Shown here one piece after another: positions 1-9,996 of a stretch of 64,000 nucleotides of DNA. This DNA comes from Candidatus Galloscillospira excrementipullorum. Its GTDB lineage: Bacteria > Bacillota > Clostridia > Oscillospirales > Feifaniaceae. The DNA lies in assembly GCA_018714125.1 (NCBI GenBank), contig DVNV01000002.1, forward strand, positions 7,337-71,336. The letters are read 5' to 3'. Below the pieces are notes generated by a model. The model searched no databases. It saw only the letters and a program-made list of their open reading frames with translations, and was not told where the DNA came from. Position 1 is the stretch's first letter; each line of letters opens with the position of its first letter. A program made the translations under genes and the position numbers.

Positions 1-843
1 TTCCTCCAGGGAGAGGGGGAGAAGCTCCATAAAGAGCGGCTGCATGGCGGCCACGGCCGCCTGGATTTCCCGCTCGTCGCCCCGCACCGTCATGGTGACA
101 AGGCTGCCTCTTGGCTCAAAGCGCAAAATGTCAAGGGAGGGGAAGTCCGAGGCCTGAACCGGCGCCGCAAAGGCGGCCTGCAGCTTGTGCATGCCCAGCA
201 TCATGTCGCTCAAGTCACGCGAGAAGAGGATGCCGCCCTTGTGCAGCAGCCCCACATGGTCGCAGATGTCCTCCAGCTCGCGCAGGTTGTGGGAGGCCAC
301 CACCGGGGTCATGCCACGGTCGGCGATGTCGGAGGCAAACAGGCTTTTCACGGCCTGCCGCGCAACGGGGTCAAGCCCGTCGAAGGTCTCGTCGGCAAAA
401 ATATAGTCGGCGCCCGAGGAGACGGCGCAGATGACCGAAAGCTGCTTTTTCATTCCCTTGGAAAAGGTGGAGATTTTGCGGCGCGGGTCAAGGGAAAAGC
501 CCTGCATGAGATGGTAAAAGCGCGCGTCGTCAAAGAGGGGATAAATGGTTTTGTAAAAGCCCTTCATGGTCTCGGGCGTGGCATTTTGGAAGAAATACTG
601 CTCGTCGCTGATGAAAAAGCAGCGCCGCTTGGTGTCGGGAGATTCGTAGACGGGCTGCCCGTCCACCGAGATTTCGCCTTGGTCGGGCTTGAGCACGCCG
701 GCCAGAAGGCGCAGAAAGGTGGATTTTCCCGCACCGTTGCTTCCAATCAGGCCGAAAACGGCGCCCTGCGAAATCACGGTGCTCACGCAGTCCACGGCCA
801 GGATGCTGTCAAAGCGCTTGGAAACGTTGGTGGCTGTAATCAT
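1..843 (-). CDS. ABC transporter ATP-binding protein (C-terminus runs off the left edge)
   Basis: Absent from the ORF track because it is open at the edge. My minus-strand translation from the ATG (complement of 841-843) reads MITATNVSKRFDSILAVDCVSTVISQGAVFGLIGSNGAGKSTFLRLLAGVL. This contains Walker A GSNGAGKST. Later motifs are STFSKGMKKQL (signature-like), DYIFADETFDGLDP (Walker B) and ASHNL (H-loop). The start overlaps the upstream GntR stop as ATGA. Confidence 0.9.
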   Translation of the reverse strand, partial: MITATNVSKRFDSILAVDCVSTVISQGAVFGLIGSNGAGKSTFLRLLAGVLKPDQGEISVDGQPVYESPDTKRRCFFISDEQYFFQNATPETMKGFYKTIYPLFDDARFYHLMQGFSLDPRRKISTFSKGMKKQLSVICAVSSGADYIFADETFDGLDPVARQAVKSLFASDIADRGMTPVVASHNLRELEDICDHVGLLHKGGILFSRDLSDMMLGMHKLQAAFAAPVQASDFPSLDILRFEPRGSLVTMTVRGDEREIQAAVAAMQPLFMELLPLSLEE

Positions 844-1241
844 AAAGAGGCTCCTTTCGCTTGGGGATTGGGGTCGTGCGGGTCGCGAAGCTCCTCCAGA
901 GCTTCGTGCAGGCGAGGTTTGGAAACGCCCGCCTGCATGGCCGAGAAGGAGGCCTGGCGAAACTGCTCAAGCAGCTCCTGCTGCCGGCTTTTCTGCAGCA
1001 GCGAGGCGTCCTGGGTGACAAAGTTGCCCCTGCCCTTCACACTGTAGACAATGCCGTCGCGCTCCAGTTCTGAGTAGGCACGCTGTACCGTGTTCGGATT
1101 GATGGACAGTTCTGAGGACAACTGCCGAACCGAGGGCAGCTGGCTGCCCGGCGGCAGCATGCCGCTTGCAGCCAGCGCCTTGATGCGGTCGACCAGCTGC
1201 TCGTAAATGGACCGGCGGTCCTTGTAGTCAATGGAAAACAA
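840..1241 (-). CDS. GntR-family transcriptional regulator, short YtrA-like subtype
   Basis: 133 aa. The N-terminal winged HTH reads SIYEQLVDRIKALAASGMLPPGSQLPSVRQLSSELSINPNTVQRAYSELERDGIVYSVKGRGNFV. It is translationally coupled to the downstream ABC ATPase. Confidence 0.9.
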   Translation of the reverse strand: MFSIDYKDRRSIYEQLVDRIKALAASGMLPPGSQLPSVRQLSSELSINPNTVQRAYSELERDGIVYSVKGRGNFVTQDASLLQKSRQQELLEQFRQASFSAMQAGVSKPRLHEALEELRDPHDPNPQAKGASL

Positions 1242-1261
1242 TCCGGCGTCTCCTTTCTGTA

Positions 1262-1308
1262 AAAGTGTATGAACCGTACTAAGTGTATCATGAGTATTAG
1301 TACACTTG
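1262..1308. promoter_or_regulatory. Candidate operator for the YtrA-type regulator (repeated AGTGTA/TACACT and GTACTA/TAGTAC half-sites)
   Basis: AGTGTAT occurs at 1264-1270 and 1282-1288, with its inverse TACACT at 1301-1306. GTACTA at 1276-1281 is inverted as TAGTAC at 1298-1303. The sites lie in the divergent spacer just upstream of the gntR start. Confidence 0.35.
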
Positions 1309-1393
1309 AATGATAGCAGGTTTGACAGGGTATGTCAAGCACAATTTTCCTCCCCTTCCAAAATCGTCCCAAAGCACAAAAAAGCCCTCTTTT

Positions 1394-1422
1394 TTGCAAA
1401 AACGGACAAGGCATGCTATACT
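1394..1422 (+). promoter_or_regulatory. SigmaA-like promoter for the alaX-like gene
   Basis: TTGCAA (1394-1399), a 17-nt spacer ending in TGc, then TATACT (1417-1422). Confidence 0.5.
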
Positions 1423-1501
1423 ACCTAATACTATGATAAAAATTGACATCCGGGGCCTGCCTGGGGGAAAACGGGGGGCGACCGAAAAAAGGAGAGTGCG
1501 T

Positions 1502-2737
1502 ATGGCAGCCAATCGTTTGTTTTACAAGGACGCCTATCAAAGGCAGTGCACGACCGACGTCGTCTCGGTGACCGAGGGAAAGGACGGGGTTGCCGTTGCG
1601 CTCAAGGAGAGCCTGTTCCACGCGCAGGGGGGCGGGCAGCCGGCCGACAGGGGCTGGATTGATGGGCTGCCGGTGCTCGATGTCAGGGAGCGCGACGGGG
1701 AGCTGCTGCACATTCTGCCGAAGGCCCCCTCACGGGAAACTGGCGTTTTGTGCGAGCTCGACTGGGACTGGCGCTATGACCTCATGAAGCAGCACACGGG
1801 GCAGCATGTGCTGTCTGCCGTGATAGAGCAGCTGTTTGGGAGCGCCACCAACATTTCCCGGGGAGATGAGTTTGTCAACCAGATAGACCTTGAGCATGCG
1901 CTTTCGCCGGGGCAGCTTGTGCAGGCGCAGCGGGAGTCCAACCGCATTTTGCGGGAGGGGCGTGCGGTCAGCGCCTTTTTGGTGACGCCGCAGGAGCTTG
2001 AGGCCTACCTGCCGCGCATGCGGCATGCCATTTCGCCCCACGAGAGCATCCGTCTGGTGGAAATTGAAGAGCTCGACCTCATGGGCTGCGGAGGGGTGCA
2101 TGTGAAAAACACGGCCGAGGTCGAGCTCATCAAGGTGCTGGGCGCCAAAAACGTGGCAGGCCAGAAGGGTGCCAGAGGGGAGATGCGCGTCTATTTTTTG
2201 TGCGGTGACCGCGTGATGCAGGACTACGACGCCAAAAACGAGGCGTTTTACGAGCTGAGTGCGCTGCTTGGCTGCGAGCCCGAGGCGCTGCCCGACAGGG
2301 TCAGGGACATGAAGGAGCAGCTTGACCGGCAGGGGCTTTTGCTCCGGGAGCGGGAGGAGCGGCTGCTGAACCTTGAGGCTGCGGCGCTGCTGCAGGGCCT
2401 GCGTCGAAGGGGGGAGCATCTTGTCGCACGCGCCCACCTGCCCGGCTGTGCAATGCGTGAGCTCAAGGGCATCGCCGAGGCCACGGCGGCGCAAAAGCCC
2501 TGCCTTGTGCTGCTGTCGGGCGAGAGCGAGGGGACGCTGCCCGCAGTGCTGCTGCAGCCCAAGGGCTACAGCACCTGCCACATGGGAACACTGCTCAAGC
2601 CCCTGCTGGAGGCGACCGGCGCGAAGGGCGGCGGAGGCCCTCTGTTTTCCCAGACCACCCTGCCAGACACCCCGCAGGCCCGTGCGGCCCTGCAGGACTG
2701 CTTTGACGCCGTGGAGCGTGCGCTGGAAGGCGTCTGA
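1502..2737 (+). CDS. Alanyl-tRNA editing protein (AlaX-L type: tRNA_SAD editing domain plus DHHA1-like C-terminus)
   Basis: Start chosen at MAANRLFYKDAY after the SD AAAAGGAGAG. Zn-binding editing motifs are HTGQHVLSAV (HxxxH) and MGCGGVHV (CxxxH). The ORF-track start at 1310 lies upstream of the promoter. Confidence 0.85.
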   Translation: MAANRLFYKDAYQRQCTTDVVSVTEGKDGVAVALKESLFHAQGGGQPADRGWIDGLPVLDVRERDGELLHILPKAPSRETGVLCELDWDWRYDLMKQHTGQHVLSAVIEQLFGSATNISRGDEFVNQIDLEHALSPGQLVQAQRESNRILREGRAVSAFLVTPQELEAYLPRMRHAISPHESIRLVEIEELDLMGCGGVHVKNTAEVELIKVLGAKNVAGQKGARGEMRVYFLCGDRVMQDYDAKNEAFYELSALLGCEPEALPDRVRDMKEQLDRQGLLLREREERLLNLEAAALLQGLRRRGEHLVARAHLPGCAMRELKGIAEATAAQKPCLVLLSGESEGTLPAVLLQPKGYSTCHMGTLLKPLLEATGAKGGGGPLFSQTTLPDTPQARAALQDCFDAVERALEGV

Positions 2738-2787
2738 CGAGCGGGCACGGGAAAACACCCTTTCAAATCTCATCGGGAGGCAAACAT

Positions 2788-4284
2788 ATGGCCAATTCAA
2801 GCGGGGAGAGAATCACCCCGAAGGTAATTGTGCGGCGCGTGCTGTGCTCGCGCACCGTTTTTGTGATTTTGCTGCTCGCCATGCAGCTTGCGGTGCTGCT
2901 GCTGCCCTTTCGCCAGCTCTCCACCTATTCGCTGCTGTCGGCCGTCATGATCATCTATATCATCAACAAGCGGACAAACCCCGAATTCAAGCTGACCTGG
3001 ATTATTCCCATCGCCGTGCTGCCGGTATTCGGGGCGCTGTTTTATCTGTTTTTCAAGGTGCAGCCCGGCCTGTACCTGGTCAAGCGGCGCTCCAGAAGGC
3101 TGGCACGCCAGCGCCTGACGGGCAGCGTTGCCCCGCCCGACGGGCTGTTCCGCTATCTGTCCCGGCTGGGCTTCCCGGCCTACGACGACAGCAAGGTGAC
3201 CTATTACCCCATGGGTGATGCGCTGCTCGAGCAGATGATTGCCTCGCTGGAAACGGCGCAGCAGTTTATCTTTGTGCAGTATTTTATTGTGGCCGAAGGC
3301 CAAATCTGGGACAGGGTGCGGGATGTGCTCGAGCGCAAGGCGGCGCAGGGCGTGGAGGTGCGCCTCATGATGGACGGCCTTGGCATCCTGGGCCGTCTGC
3401 CGGAGGACATCTGCCAACAGATGGAGGCAAAGGGCATTGCATGCCGTATTTTTTCTCCCATCCGACCCATCCCCTCGGTGCTGCAGAACAACCGCCTGCA
3501 CCGCAAGATCCTGGTGGTGGATGGAAAAGTGGCCTTTACGGGCGGAGTCAATTTGGCGGACGAATATGCCAATCTCTCGGTGTCACACGAGTGGAAGGAC
3601 GTCGGCGTGCGCGTGGAGGGCGGCGCCGTGGCCAGCCTGACCAGCATGTTTTTGCAGACCTGGGCGCTGTATGAGCGGCGCAAGAACGTCACGGTGGAAT
3701 ACGAGCCCTACATCACGCCACACCCGGTGAAGGGGGAGGGCTTTGTGGCCCCCTTTGGCGACAGCCCCTTCGACGAGGTCGACGTGGGCAAGCGGGTGTA
3801 TCTGGACATCATCAACAAGGCCGAGAGCGAGGTGCACATCATGACCCCGTATCTGGTCATCGACAGCGAGCTGCTCGAGGGCCTCAAGTATGCTGCGGCG
3901 CGCGGGGTGGATGTGGAAATCATGATGCCGGGCAAGTCGGACAGCAAGCTGCTGGGCCTTGCCGCCATCAGCTACTACCGCGAGCTCATTGACGCCGGCG
4001 TCAGAATCCTCATCTACACGCCGGGAATGGTGCATGCCAAAACCTGTGTGGCAGACAGGGCCCGCGCCGTGGTGGGCACCATCAACATGGACTACCGCAG
4101 CCTCTTCATCAATTTGGAGTGCGGCTGCTATGTGCGCGACTGCAGCGCCGTGCTCGATGTGGAAAAGGACTTTCGACACAGCAGGGAGAGCTGCTCTGTC
4201 ATGACGATGGAAGACGTGAGAGGTATTCCTCTGTATCGCCGTCTGCTCAGCCGCGTGATGCGCCTGTTTGCCCCGATGCTGTGA
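2788..4284 (+). CDS. cls: Cardiolipin synthase (PLD superfamily)
   Basis: 498 aa with N-terminal TM helices. It carries two HKD motifs, HRKILVVDGKVAFTGGVNL and HAKTCVADRARAVVGTINMD. Confidence 0.9.
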   Translation: MANSSGERITPKVIVRRVLCSRTVFVILLLAMQLAVLLLPFRQLSTYSLLSAVMIIYIINKRTNPEFKLTWIIPIAVLPVFGALFYLFFKVQPGLYLVKRRSRRLARQRLTGSVAPPDGLFRYLSRLGFPAYDDSKVTYYPMGDALLEQMIASLETAQQFIFVQYFIVAEGQIWDRVRDVLERKAAQGVEVRLMMDGLGILGRLPEDICQQMEAKGIACRIFSPIRPIPSVLQNNRLHRKILVVDGKVAFTGGVNLADEYANLSVSHEWKDVGVRVEGGAVASLTSMFLQTWALYERRKNVTVEYEPYITPHPVKGEGFVAPFGDSPFDEVDVGKRVYLDIINKAESEVHIMTPYLVIDSELLEGLKYAAARGVDVEIMMPGKSDSKLLGLAAISYYRELIDAGVRILIYTPGMVHAKTCVADRARAVVGTINMDYRSLFINLECGCYVRDCSAVLDVEKDFRHSRESCSVMTMEDVRGIPLYRRLLSRVMRLFAPML

Positions 4285-4365
4285 ATGTGCAGGGAAAAAG
4301 ATGGTTTTCCCTTCGCTTTGAGCCCGAATTGGTGCTTTTTGCGCTCTTTTTTGCGGAGAATGTCA

Positions 4366-4393
4366 TTGACAACTTTTCAAATAGTGCTATACT
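4366..4393 (+). promoter_or_regulatory. SigmaA-like promoter of the thiamine-salvage operon
   Basis: TTGACA (4366-4371), a 16-nt spacer with TGc, then TATACT (4388-4393). Confidence 0.55.
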
Positions 4394-4404
4394 AAAGGCA
4401 ATCA

Positions 4405-4500
4405 AATATCGGACAGGGGAGCTTGTGTTGCAGGCTGAGAGGAAGTCGGAAACTTCTACCCTTATCACCTGATGTGGGTAATGCCAATGTAGGGAGCACG
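4405..4500 (+). promoter_or_regulatory. TPP (THI-box) riboswitch
   Basis: GGGGAGC...CTGAGAGG...ACCCTTATCACCTGATGTGGGTAATGCCAATGTAGGGAG matches the conserved THI-element core (CUGAGA, ACCUGAU, UAAUGCCA, GUAGGGA). Downstream genes are cytX and thiD. Confidence 0.9.
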
Positions 4501-4515
4501 ATTTGCAAATCGATT

Positions 4516-4551
4516 GCGGGCAGTGCCGAAGGTGGGTGCTGCCCGCTTTTT
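4516..4551 (+). terminator. Riboswitch expression-platform intrinsic terminator
   Basis: Stem GCGGGCAG (4516-4523) pairs with CTGCCCGC (4539-4546), followed by TTTTT. Confidence 0.8.
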
Positions 4552-4631
4552 GCATGTCCAAAGCAATTTGCCGATTGCCGCGCGAAGTGGCTTTCCCACG
4601 CTCTCTTGTCCGAGAGAAGGGGAGAAAAAAC

Positions 4632-5801
4632 GTGAACGAAGCAAAAACATCTGTGTGGTCAAACGGGCTGATCTGGTTTGGCGCAGCCGTCTCGATTGCC
4701 GAGATTTTGACCGGCACCATGATTGCCCCCCTCGGCTTTTCCAAGGGGCTGGCGGCCATCCTGCTGGGACATCTCATCGGCTGCGTGCTGCTCTACCTGG
4801 CCGGCATGATTGGCGCCAACACCGAAAAGAGTGCCATGGAGACCGTGAAGCTGTCCTTTGGAGAAAAGGGCTCCATCCTCTTTTCCAGCCTCAACGTGCT
4901 GCAGCTTGTCGGCTGGACGGCCGTCATGATTGCGAGCGGCGCGGCGGCGGCGGTCTCCATCGTGCCGTGGGGCGAATGGGTATGGAGTGCCGCCATCGGC
5001 GTCCTGATTTTGGTGTGGATTGCCATTGGCATTCAAAACCTCGATAAGCTCAATGTGGTTGCCGTGGGCGGACTCTTTTTGCTCACCGTGGTGCTCAGCG
5101 TCGTGGTGTTTCGAGGCGGCACCCTGAGCGCACAGGCGAGCGGCGGCATGAGCTTCGGCGCCGCCGTGGAGATGTCGGTTGCCATGCCGCTCTCCTGGCT
5201 GCCCTTGATTTCCGACTACACCCGCTATGCCGAAAAGAAAAAGGCCGCCACCTTTGCCAGCGCCGCCGTCTACTTTGTCGGAAGCTGCTGGATGTATGTC
5301 ATCGGAATGGGCGCCACGCTGCTCACCGGGGAAAGCGATATCGCCAAAATCATGGTCACGGCGGGTTTGGGCGTGGCCGGCCTGCTCATTGTCATCCTGT
5401 CCACCGTCACCACCACCTTTCTTGACGTCTACTCCGCCGGCGTGAGCGCCGTGAGCATCAACGGCAAGTGGGGAGAAAAAACAGTGGCCGCCATTGTGTG
5501 CGTGGTGGGCACGCTGATGGCCATTTTCACCCCCGTGGAGCAGTTTGAGAGTTTTCTGTATCTGATTGGCTCGGTGTTTGCCCCCATGATTGCCGTGCTC
5601 ATCGCAGACGCGTTTGTGCTGCACCGCGACCATTCCCAGAGCCTGTACTGCTGGAGCAATCTGGTTGTCTGGGCCATTGGATTTGTGCTCTACCGCATCT
5701 TCATGCAGTATGAAACGCCGGTTGGGAACACCCTGCCCGTCATGCTCATCACCATGGTGCTGTGCATCGCGGCAGACAAGCTGTTTGCCAAAAAAGCGTA
5801 A
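4632..5801 (+). CDS. cytX: NCS1-family permease, probable hydroxymethylpyrimidine transporter CytX
   Basis: GTG start after the SD AAGGGGAG. It is a polytopic membrane protein (SNGLIWFGAAVSIAEILTGTMIAP...). It sits under TPP-riboswitch control next to thiD. The ORF-track start at 4503 lies inside the riboswitch terminator. Confidence 0.75.
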   Translation: MNEAKTSVWSNGLIWFGAAVSIAEILTGTMIAPLGFSKGLAAILLGHLIGCVLLYLAGMIGANTEKSAMETVKLSFGEKGSILFSSLNVLQLVGWTAVMIASGAAAAVSIVPWGEWVWSAAIGVLILVWIAIGIQNLDKLNVVAVGGLFLLTVVLSVVVFRGGTLSAQASGGMSFGAAVEMSVAMPLSWLPLISDYTRYAEKKKAATFASAAVYFVGSCWMYVIGMGATLLTGESDIAKIMVTAGLGVAGLLIVILSTVTTTFLDVYSAGVSAVSINGKWGEKTVAAIVCVVGTLMAIFTPVEQFESFLYLIGSVFAPMIAVLIADAFVLHRDHSQSLYCWSNLVVWAIGFVLYRIFMQYETPVGNTLPVMLITMVLCIAADKLFAKKA

Positions 5802-5851
5802 AAAACGCCATTTCAGTTTACATTTTAATTAAAGACCAGGAGGGAGCCCTT

Positions 5852-6652
5852 ATGAAAACCGTTTTGACCATTGCGGGCTCGGATTGCAGCGGAGGCGCCG
5901 GAATCCAGGCCGACATCAAAACCATCACGGCCAACAAGCTCTATGCCAGCAGCGTCATCACGGCGCTGACAGCGCAAAACACCACCGGCGTGTCGGGGAT
6001 TTTTGAGGTGTCGCCCGAATTTGTGGCGCAGCAGCTCGACAGCGTCTTCACCGACATCGCGCCCGACGCCGTCAAGGTGGGCATGGTGAGCAGCAGCGAC
6101 ATCATCAAGGTGATTGCATCCCAGCTCACCCGTTACAACGCCAAGAACATCGTGGTCGACCCCGTCATGGTGGCCACGAGCGGCAGCCGGCTGATTGGGG
6201 AGAGCGCCATTGAAACGCTCATCTCCACGCTGATTCCCCTGGCTCGCGTCATCACGCCCAACATCCCTGAGTCGGAGGTTTTGTGCGGATTTTCCATTCA
6301 CAACGAGGACGATATGGTCAAGGCCGCGCGCGCCATTGCCGACAAGACCGGGGTGGCCGTTCTGGTCAAGGGAGGCCATCTGGTCAACGACGCGGTGGAC
6401 TGCCTGTGTGAAGACGGCCATATCGAGTGGTATGCCTCCCGGCGCATCAACAACCCCAACACGCACGGCACCGGCTGCACCCTCTCGTCGGCCATCGCCT
6501 GTGGCCTTGCGCGGGGTATGACGCTGGCCGAGAGCATCCACTGCGCCAAGCAGTACCTCACCGGGGCTTTGGAAGCCATGCTTGACCTGGGTGCCGGCAG
6601 CGGCCCCATGGACCACACCTGGTGCATCCCGGAGCCTGCGCAAAACAATTGA
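5852..6652 (+). CDS. thiD: Hydroxymethylpyrimidine/phosphomethylpyrimidine kinase
   Basis: MKTVLTIAGSDCSGGAGIQADIKT..., VVDPVMVATSG and HGTGCTLSSAIA are typical ThiD motifs. The SD is GGAGGGAG. Confidence 0.9.
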   Translation: MKTVLTIAGSDCSGGAGIQADIKTITANKLYASSVITALTAQNTTGVSGIFEVSPEFVAQQLDSVFTDIAPDAVKVGMVSSSDIIKVIASQLTRYNAKNIVVDPVMVATSGSRLIGESAIETLISTLIPLARVITPNIPESEVLCGFSIHNEDDMVKAARAIADKTGVAVLVKGGHLVNDAVDCLCEDGHIEWYASRRINNPNTHGTGCTLSSAIACGLARGMTLAESIHCAKQYLTGALEAMLDLGAGSGPMDHTWCIPEPAQNN

Positions 6653-6683
6653 TTCTCCCTTGCAGTGGTATAAGGATAAGCAC

Positions 6684-6739
6684 CCAAACGGCCGGGGGGG
6701 GCGCACGGAAAATTCCGTGCGGCCCCCCCGGCCGTTTGG
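6684..6739. repeat. 56-nt near-perfect inverted repeat (about 26 bp stem, G8/C7 tracts) without a U-tract
   Basis: CCAAACGGCCGGGGGGGGCGCACGGAA / TTCCGTGCGGCCCCCCCGGCCGTTTGG, with one G.G mismatch. It lies between the convergent genes thiD and typA. Confidence 0.6.
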
Positions 6740-6751
6740 CGCCCCAACTCC

Positions 6752-6800
6752 AAAGGGCGGCCCCTTGCACGCTTTGCGTGCAAGGGGCCGCCCTTTTTCG
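6752..6800. terminator. Bidirectional intrinsic terminator (thiD / typA)
   Basis: A perfect 21-bp stem, AAAGGGCGGCCCCTTGCACGC ttt GCGTGCAAGGGGCCGCCCTTT. A T-run follows on the plus strand and an A-run precedes it. Confidence 0.8.
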
Positions 6801-6832
6801 TCTTGCTTTTTGGAAAAGCCTTAAAGGAAGTG

Positions 6833-8665
<1,833 letters not shown>

Positions 8666-8799
8666 CGGTGATTCGTCCCCTTTTTGAAGTTTGTGCCTTG
8701 TGATTTTCGACAACCAATACAATATATCACAAAGATTTTTCCATGTATAGTTCTTTTTTTGAAGAAGCCTACAAAATTCAAAAATATGCGTCAATCCGG

Positions 8800-8828
8800 T
8801 TGCCAACAAAAACGATTGTCGCTATAAT
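8800..8828 (+). promoter_or_regulatory. SigmaA-like promoter of serC-serA-DUF1015
   Basis: TTGCCA (8800-8805), a 17-nt spacer, then TATAAT (8823-8828). Confidence 0.55.
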
Positions 8829-8914
8829 GAGAACATTATGGGGCGCGGGGGCAAACAAATGACGTTTGTCCGTCTTGTGCTTGATAAAATTCATTGTAAA
8901 AGGATGGTTTACCT

Positions 8915-9994
8915 ATGGAACGCGTATTCAATTTTGCGGCAGGCCCTTCTGCATTGCCTCTTCCTGTTCTGGAGCAGGCGCAGCGCGAGCTGCTCTGTTA
9001 TCCCGGCGCAGGGTGTAGCGTGATGGAGATGAGCCACCGATCATCCGCGTTCCAGGAGATTGCGGCAAAAGCTGAGGAGAACCTGCGCCGCCTGATGGAC
9101 ATTCCGGACACCTATGCTGTGCTCTTTTTGCAGGGAGGCGCTTCCCTGCAGTTTTCAATGGTGCCCATGAACCTCATGGAGAAGGGCGCAACGGCGGCTT
9201 ACGCTGAAACCGGCAACTTTGCCAAGAAGGCGGCTGCCGAGGCCAAGCGTTGGGGCAAGGTTGTCACGGTGGCCTCCAGCAAGGACGCAAACTACAGCTA
9301 CATCCCCGAAATCACGGCCGACATGGTGCCGCAGGAGGCAGCGTATCTGCACATCACCGGCAACAACACCATCTACGGCACGCAGTACAAAACCCTTCCC
9401 AAGGTGTCGGTGCCTCTGGTGGCCGACCTGTCTTCTTCCATTTTGGGCAGGGTTTACGACGTCAACGAGTGCGCCCTGATTTATGCCGGCGCACAGAAGA
9501 ACATGGGCCCTGCGGGCCTGACCGTTGTCATCATCCGCAAGGATTTGCTGGGCAAGGCGTCTGACGAAGTGCCGGCCATGCTCAACTACACCCTGGCGGC
9601 GGAGGCCGACTCGATGTATAACACGCCTCCCTGCTTCTCCATTTATATTGCCGGCCTGGTCTTTGAGTATCTGCTCGGGCAGGGCGGCGTGCCCGAGATG
9701 GAGCGCCGCAATGCCGAAAAGTCGGCGCTGCTGTATTCCATTCTCGACGAGAGCAAATTTTATGTGGGTTCGGCGCGCGCCGACTCCCGCTCCAATATGA
9801 ACGTCACCTTCACGCTGCCCAGCGATGAGCTGACCGCCGCCTTTGTCAAGGGGGCGACGGCGCAGGGCATGATCAACCTCAAGGGGCATCGTGCCGTGGG
9901 CGGCATCCGCGCCAGCATCTACAATGCCATGCCCATGGAGGGCGTGCGCAAGCTGGCCGATTATATGAGACAATTTGAAAAGGAGAATGGCTGA
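8915..9994 (+). CDS. serC: Phosphoserine aminotransferase
   Basis: 359 aa. MERVFNFAAGPSALPLPVLEQAQREL...MEMSHRS is a class-V aminotransferase SerC signature. Confidence 0.95.
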   Translation: MERVFNFAAGPSALPLPVLEQAQRELLCYPGAGCSVMEMSHRSSAFQEIAAKAEENLRRLMDIPDTYAVLFLQGGASLQFSMVPMNLMEKGATAAYAETGNFAKKAAAEAKRWGKVVTVASSKDANYSYIPEITADMVPQEAAYLHITGNNTIYGTQYKTLPKVSVPLVADLSSSILGRVYDVNECALIYAGAQKNMGPAGLTVVIIRKDLLGKASDEVPAMLNYTLAAEADSMYNTPPCFSIYIAGLVFEYLLGQGGVPEMERRNAEKSALLYSILDESKFYVGSARADSRSNMNVTFTLPSDELTAAFVKGATAQGMINLKGHRAVGGIRASIYNAMPMEGVRKLADYMRQFEKENG

Positions 9995-9996
9995 AC

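Noticed and set aside
187-1047. Long ORFs antisense to recognisable genes occur throughout the window. Examples are 187-1047 (+), 1730-2800 (-), 4659-5633 (-), 10018-11304 (-) and 14451-16133 (-). Further examples are 20656-22356 (-), 33081-34862 (-), 34932-36935 (-) and 47936-49915 (-). The remaining examples are 50059-51471 (-), 55115-57910 (-) and 58450-61350 (-).
   Set aside because: They are a typical high-GC artefact, because stop codons are rare on the antisense strand. The translations are Arg/Gly/Ala/His/Pro-rich with no recognisable motifs and no SD. Each lies fully opposite a gene with unambiguous conserved motifs.
6694-6701. The G8 homopolymer might be a phase-variation tract.
   Set aside because: It lies in the spacer between two convergent gene ends, not in a promoter or a coding region. 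It is paired with the C7 tract inside a hairpin.
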